Shown here: positions 60,158-64,000 of the stretch, piece after piece
Numbering within the stretch: position 1 is the stretch's first letter
Layout of the letters: each line of letters starts with the position of its first letter
Assembly (NCBI GenBank): GCA_002725095.1
Contig: PBQQ01000036.1
Location: 21,573 to 85,572, forward strand
Length of the DNA stretch: 64,000 nt
DNA from: Gammaproteobacteria bacterium
Lineage (GTDB): Bacteria > Pseudomonadota > Gammaproteobacteria > Pseudomonadales > Azotimanducaceae
Direction of reading: 5' to 3'
Notes under the pieces: model-generated
The model's input: the letters and a program-made list of their open reading frames with translations, nothing else
Databases searched by the model: none
What the model was told of the DNA's origin: nothing
Translations under genes and position numbers: made by a program

Positions 60158-61540
60158 CTAACGGCGACGCATACCCGGTGGCATGCCGCCCCCGGGAAGC
60201 TGCATTCCTTGCATGCCACGCATCATCTTTTGCATACCGCCTTTCTTACCCACTTTTTTCATCATCTTTTGCATTTGTTTGTGCTGTTTCAACAGACGAT
60301 TGATGTCGGCAATTTGGCTGCCACTGCCTGCGGCAATGCGTTGCTTTCGCGATCCGTTAAGCAAATCCGGAAAACGCCGTTCGCGTACGGTCATAGAGTC
60401 GATAATTACGCCCATACGTTTAAACTGTCCGTCGTCCAACTGCGCCTGGGCATTGGCAGGCAACTGGCCCATACCCGGCAGTTTATCGAGCATACTGCTC
60501 AAACCACCCATATTGGCCATCTGCTGCAGCTGATCTCGGAAATCCTCTAGATCAAACTTTTGGCCCTGCTGCATCTTGCGCGCAAACCGCTGAGCCTTAG
60601 TCTTGTCGACTTTGCGCTCGGCCTCTTCGATGAGCGACAAAACATCGCCCATACCTAATATGCGCGAGGCAATACGATCGGCATGAAAGACTTCTAGCGC
60701 GTCAGTTTTTTCCCCACTGCCTAAGAACTTAATCGGCTTACCGGTGATGGTACGAACACTTAAGGCCGCACCACCACGCGCATCTCCATCAGTTTTTGCA
60801 AGCACAATACCCGTTAGCGGCAGCGCGTCGTTGAAGGCCTTGGCGGTGTTCGCAGCGTCCTGACCAGTCATTGCATCGACCACGAACAGCGTTTCGATCG
60901 GTTTGATGCTGGCGTGCAACTGCTTGATTTCAGCCATCATGGCTTCATCCACGGCAAGCCGGCCGGCGGTATCCACAAGCAACACATCCGCCAACTGCTG
61001 CTTCGCGCTCTGAACGGCGGCCGTCGCGATTGCAACGGGCGCTTGATCGGCCGAGGACTCGATAAACGTTACTCCAACCTCAGTCGCCAGAGTTCGCAGT
61101 TGTTCAATTGCTGCAGGCCTATAGACGTCCGCACTGACTACGGCCACGCGTTTTTTCTGCTGCTCTTTGAGCAGCCGCGCCAGCTTCGCGACAGTGGTCG
61201 TTTTCCCTGCTCCCTGCAGCCCCGCCATAAGAATTACCGCCGGGGGCGCCGTTGCTAAATCAAGACTGTTATCCGCGGCGCCCATGACCGCGACAAGCTC
61301 TTCATGAACAATCTTGATGAACGCTTCGCTTGGGTTAAGGGCCGTTATAACCGCCTGACCCAGCGCTTTGCTGCGCACCTGCTCAATGAATTCTTTTACT
61401 ACCGGCAGAGCGACGTCTGCTTCGAGCAAGGCAACGCGCACATCACGCAACGCGTCACTGATGTTACTCTCGTTCAAGCGCGCCTTGCCGCTGATCTGCT
61501 TTAGGCTAGCCGACAGTCTTTCTGATAGGTTCTCAAACAT
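60158..61540 (-). CDS. ffh: Signal recognition particle protein Ffh
   Basis: MFENLSERL, ALLEADV, GLQGAGKTT, DTAGR, DGDARGGAALS, RILGMGD, Met-rich M domain. Confidence 0.98.
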   Translation of the reverse strand: MFENLSERLSASLKQISGKARLNESNISDALRDVRVALLEADVALPVVKEFIEQVRSKALGQAVITALNPSEAFIKIVHEELVAVMGAADNSLDLATAPPAVILMAGLQGAGKTTTVAKLARLLKEQQKKRVAVVSADVYRPAAIEQLRTLATEVGVTFIESSADQAPVAIATAAVQSAKQQLADVLLVDTAGRLAVDEAMMAEIKQLHASIKPIETLFVVDAMTGQDAANTAKAFNDALPLTGIVLAKTDGDARGGAALSVRTITGKPIKFLGSGEKTDALEVFHADRIASRILGMGDVLSLIEEAERKVDKTKAQRFARKMQQGQKFDLEDFRDQLQQMANMGGLSSMLDKLPGMGQLPANAQAQLDDGQFKRMGVIIDSMTVRERRFPDLLNGSRKQRIAAGSGSQIADINRLLKQHKQMQKMMKKVGKKGGMQKMMRGMQGMQLPGGGMPPGMRRR

Positions 61541-61567
61541 AGTAGGAGCTATTACGCGGGGACCAGA

Positions 61568-61573
61568 ATTATA
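61568..61573 (-). promoter_or_regulatory. Putative -10 element of the ffh promoter
   Basis: Perfect TATAAT 27 nt upstream of the ffh ATG; no convincing -35. Confidence 0.4.
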
Positions 61574-61771
61574 GCGCGAACCACTCTAGTCACGCTATTG
61601 CACAACGCCCGGCTGCAAGACCTTTAGGCGCATGCGCACGCTCTAGGCGGTTTTAACGCGCCGCAAAGGCGGCTTCACGGCAACGCTGGCTTATGCCAAA
61701 CTTCCTCTCCCAACATTACGACGACTTATCATAGACACTGGGCTTACGAGCGCTTATCAGCGCCGGACTTC

Positions 61772-62614
61772 ATGAACGAATCCGCATCCATTTCTGCTTA
61801 CGCGGCCATCGCTTTTTATGCGCTTGGCTTTGCACAGCTGGTCACAGCGCAAAAACAAACAGCGGGCGTAATAGAGCCGGTTACTGGAACAATAGAGCCG
61901 GGTAAAAAAATCCAACAGCGCGTCGCATTGTTGGGATTGGCGGCTGTCGCGTGTCATGGCTGGGCAACCTTTTCCGCCTTAGTAACCAATGCGGGCATCG
62001 ACCTTGCGCTGGTGCACGTATGCAACTATATCGCGGTAGTTATGGTCGCTGTCGTCGCCTTGGCGAACACTCGCCTACCTGTAATCAGCGTCAATTTATT
62101 GTTGTTTCCCATCGCAGTGATCAACTCACTGGCTTTGCTCATCATAGAACCCGGCAACAGCACCCAACTGGCGATCAACAGCGCCCAAAGTGCGCACATT
62201 ATTTTGTCATTAACCGCCTATGCGGGACTGATGACTGCGGCCCTACAATCCATTCTGCTGGCATTCCAAGATAAGCAACTGCAACGCCTAGATACAGGTT
62301 TTTACCGGATGCTGCCCGCGCTTGAGACCATGGAGCGGCTGCTTATCGCCATGTTGTGGATCGGCACTGTATTGCTCAGTCTGGCAATTTTCACGGGGCT
62401 CTTGTTCTTAGACGATATGTTCGCTCAACGGGTAGCCCATCACACCGTGCTGACCACATTGTCTTGGCTCATCTACGTCGCCTTCTTGCTCGGTCATCAT
62501 GTGCTGGGCTGGCGCGGGATTACCGCCGTGCGTTGGAACCTTAGTGCCTTCGGACTATTGTTGCTGGGCTATGTCGGCAGTAAATTTGTATTCGAGTATT
62601 TGCTGCAACCATGA
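61772..62614 (+). CDS. Cytochrome c assembly CcsA/YpjD-family inner membrane protein
   Basis: Multi-TM; HI.LS..AY, LP.LE.ME, HHT.L...SW..Y, GWRG, GY.GSKFV.E; divergent from ffh as in many Gammaproteobacteria. Confidence 0.88.
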   Translation: MNESASISAYAAIAFYALGFAQLVTAQKQTAGVIEPVTGTIEPGKKIQQRVALLGLAAVACHGWATFSALVTNAGIDLALVHVCNYIAVVMVAVVALANTRLPVISVNLLLFPIAVINSLALLIIEPGNSTQLAINSAQSAHIILSLTAYAGLMTAALQSILLAFQDKQLQRLDTGFYRMLPALETMERLLIAMLWIGTVLLSLAIFTGLLFLDDMFAQRVAHHTVLTTLSWLIYVAFLLGHHVLGWRGITAVRWNLSAFGLLLLGYVGSKFVFEYLLQP

Positions 62615-63891
62615 TCAGCGCCGAGACCCCAACACTGTATTTATTCCTCAGCATTGCCTTGCTGATTTTACTGTCCGCATACTTCTCGGGCACCGAAACC
62701 GCCATGATGGCCCTAAATCGCTACCGCTTACGGCACATGGTAAAACGCGGCCATCGCGGCGCGCGCAAAGCCAGTAGGATGTTGAAACGTCAGGATCGCC
62801 TTCTCGGCGTTATCTTGGTAGGCAACAATTTAGTTAATTTCAGCGCTGCGACTATCGCGACGATCATCGGCTATAACCTTTTAGGCGACACGGGGGTATT
62901 ACTCGCGCCTTGGGTACTGACGCTCACGTTTCTTATTTTCGCAGAAGTCGCGCCCAAAACACTGGCGGCAGAGCGACCCGATGCCTGGGCACTCAAAGCG
63001 GTCTTCGTCCTCGCACCATTAGCCAAATTACTGCACCCAGTCGTGCTGCTCATAAACGGCTTCAGCAACGCTCTGGTTAAACCGTTCCTCAGCGAGCGCA
63101 GCGAGGGTGACGACCAACTGACTAAAGACGAATTGATCACGGTAGTCAGCGAGGGCGCGCGCTCGGTTGGAGAACGCCAGACCATGATGACACGCTTATT
63201 GGATCTGGAAACTTTGACCGTGAACGACATCATGATTCCACGAACCGAAATGGTCTGTGTTGATATCGACGATGACATGGCCGACATCTTAGCCAGCGTC
63301 GCTGTCAGTCAGTACACCCTGCTGCCCATCTACAAAGACAACTTCAACAACATGTTAGGCGTTCTACACCTGCGTCGTCTTGCGAGCCTGTTAAACGCAA
63401 AGGAATTTACCAAAGCTGATCTTCTGCAACTGGCCCGCGAACCTTATTACGTGCCTGAGGCGACACCACTGCACACTCAATTGCTGAATTTCCAGAAGGA
63501 AAAACAGCGCTTTGCATTGGTTGTAGACGAGTACGGTGACATCCTAGGCATCGTAACTCTCGAGGATATCTTGGAAGAAATAGTTGGCGAATTCACCAGC
63601 GACTTTGCCGCCAACATCGCAGCGATCACAGCTCAGGCCGACGGTACTTTCTTAATCAACGGAATGGCCATGTTACGCGACATCAACCGAGCATTGCGCT
63701 GGAACCTGCCCACCAACGGGCCAAAGACACTGAACGGGTTTGTACTGGAACATCTAGAGACCATTCCAGAATTCAACCTATGTATTCAAATTAACGAGTA
63801 TCAGATTGAGACAGTGCAAATTAAGGACAATATTATTCGGTCTTTACGCATTCGTAGAGTCGATGACGACAGCGCTACGACTCATCAATAA
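62611..63891 (+). CDS. HlyC/CorC (CNNM) family transporter, YfjD/CorB-like
   Basis: DUF21 (SAYFSGTETAMM..NRYRL, IL.GNNLVN, FAEV.PK), CBS pair (DIMIPR, VVDEYG...G.VT.EDILEEIVG), CorC domain. Confidence 0.94.
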   Translation: MISAETPTLYLFLSIALLILLSAYFSGTETAMMALNRYRLRHMVKRGHRGARKASRMLKRQDRLLGVILVGNNLVNFSAATIATIIGYNLLGDTGVLLAPWVLTLTFLIFAEVAPKTLAAERPDAWALKAVFVLAPLAKLLHPVVLLINGFSNALVKPFLSERSEGDDQLTKDELITVVSEGARSVGERQTMMTRLLDLETLTVNDIMIPRTEMVCVDIDDDMADILASVAVSQYTLLPIYKDNFNNMLGVLHLRRLASLLNAKEFTKADLLQLAREPYYVPEATPLHTQLLNFQKEKQRFALVVDEYGDILGIVTLEDILEEIVGEFTSDFAANIAAITAQADGTFLINGMAMLRDINRALRWNLPTNGPKTLNGFVLEHLETIPEFNLCIQINEYQIETVQIKDNIIRSLRIRRVDDDSATTHQ

Positions 63892-63955
63892 TTCTCTACC
63901 GCGCGAGCGCCGCACTGCGCGCTTAAATCCCAGATGATGAGAAGCGCCAGCGGTT

Positions 63956-64000
63956 CTAGCTCTTTGCCCAACGCCGATTCAGCGCACTGACGATCGCATT
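63956..64000 (-). CDS. 3' end of a CDS running off the window, possibly 2-isopropylmalate synthase
   Basis: Minus frame reads NAIVSALNRRWAKS-stop, resembling the A(V/I)VSA(V/L)NR terminus of LeuA; only 14 codons visible. Confidence 0.3.
   Translation of the reverse strand, partial: NAIVSALNRRWAKS

Noticed and set aside
61574-61771. About 200-nt gap next to ffh as a possible SRP RNA or other ncRNA
   Set aside because: No 4.5S RNA domain IV motif (CAGG..GGAA..AGCAG) is present, only a short GCCGC/GCGGC hairpin; the size fits divergent promoters.

Overview
A densely packed core-genome segment from a Gammaproteobacterium with Pseudomonadales-like gene order. It holds about 59 CDSs, and I see no rRNA, tRNA, CRISPR array, prophage or IS element. 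Minus strand 26-16816: rpsB-tsf-pyrH-frr-uppS-cdsA-rseP-bamA-skp-lpxD-fabZ-lpxA-lpxB-rnhB-dnaE. Plus strand: map-glnD-dapC-dapD-dapE-gspN-gspC-gspD-plsB. Then a minus-strand run rseC-like-degP-(small ORF)-lepA-lepB-rnc-era-recO-rlmD-relA-adk-[moeA antisense]-tsaB-rsmJ, followed by nadB, ygfX-like/sdhE/ygfZ. Then a minus-strand run ffh-(TPR aspartyl protease)-DUF1330-rpsP-rimM-trmD-rplS-xerD-dsbC-hom-recJ-prfB(+1 frameshift)-lysS-ung-crotonase, and finally a CcsA/YpjD-family gene with a CorC-family gene. I found no self-contained novel multi-gene system. The interest lies in departures from canonical architecture: (1) RelA lacks its zinc-finger domain; (2) dxr and pdxJ, both DXP consumers, are cleanly absent from their usual loci; (3) rpoE-rseA-rseB is absent from the nadB locus although a sigmaE-like promoter precedes degP; (4) moeA sits antisense between adk and tsaB with overlapping starts; (5) a gspN-C-D cassette is coupled to dapE; (6) the rpsB leader is unusually long and structured. 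Assignments come from recognising protein motifs and synteny by eye; no database search was run. Absence claims apply only to this window.
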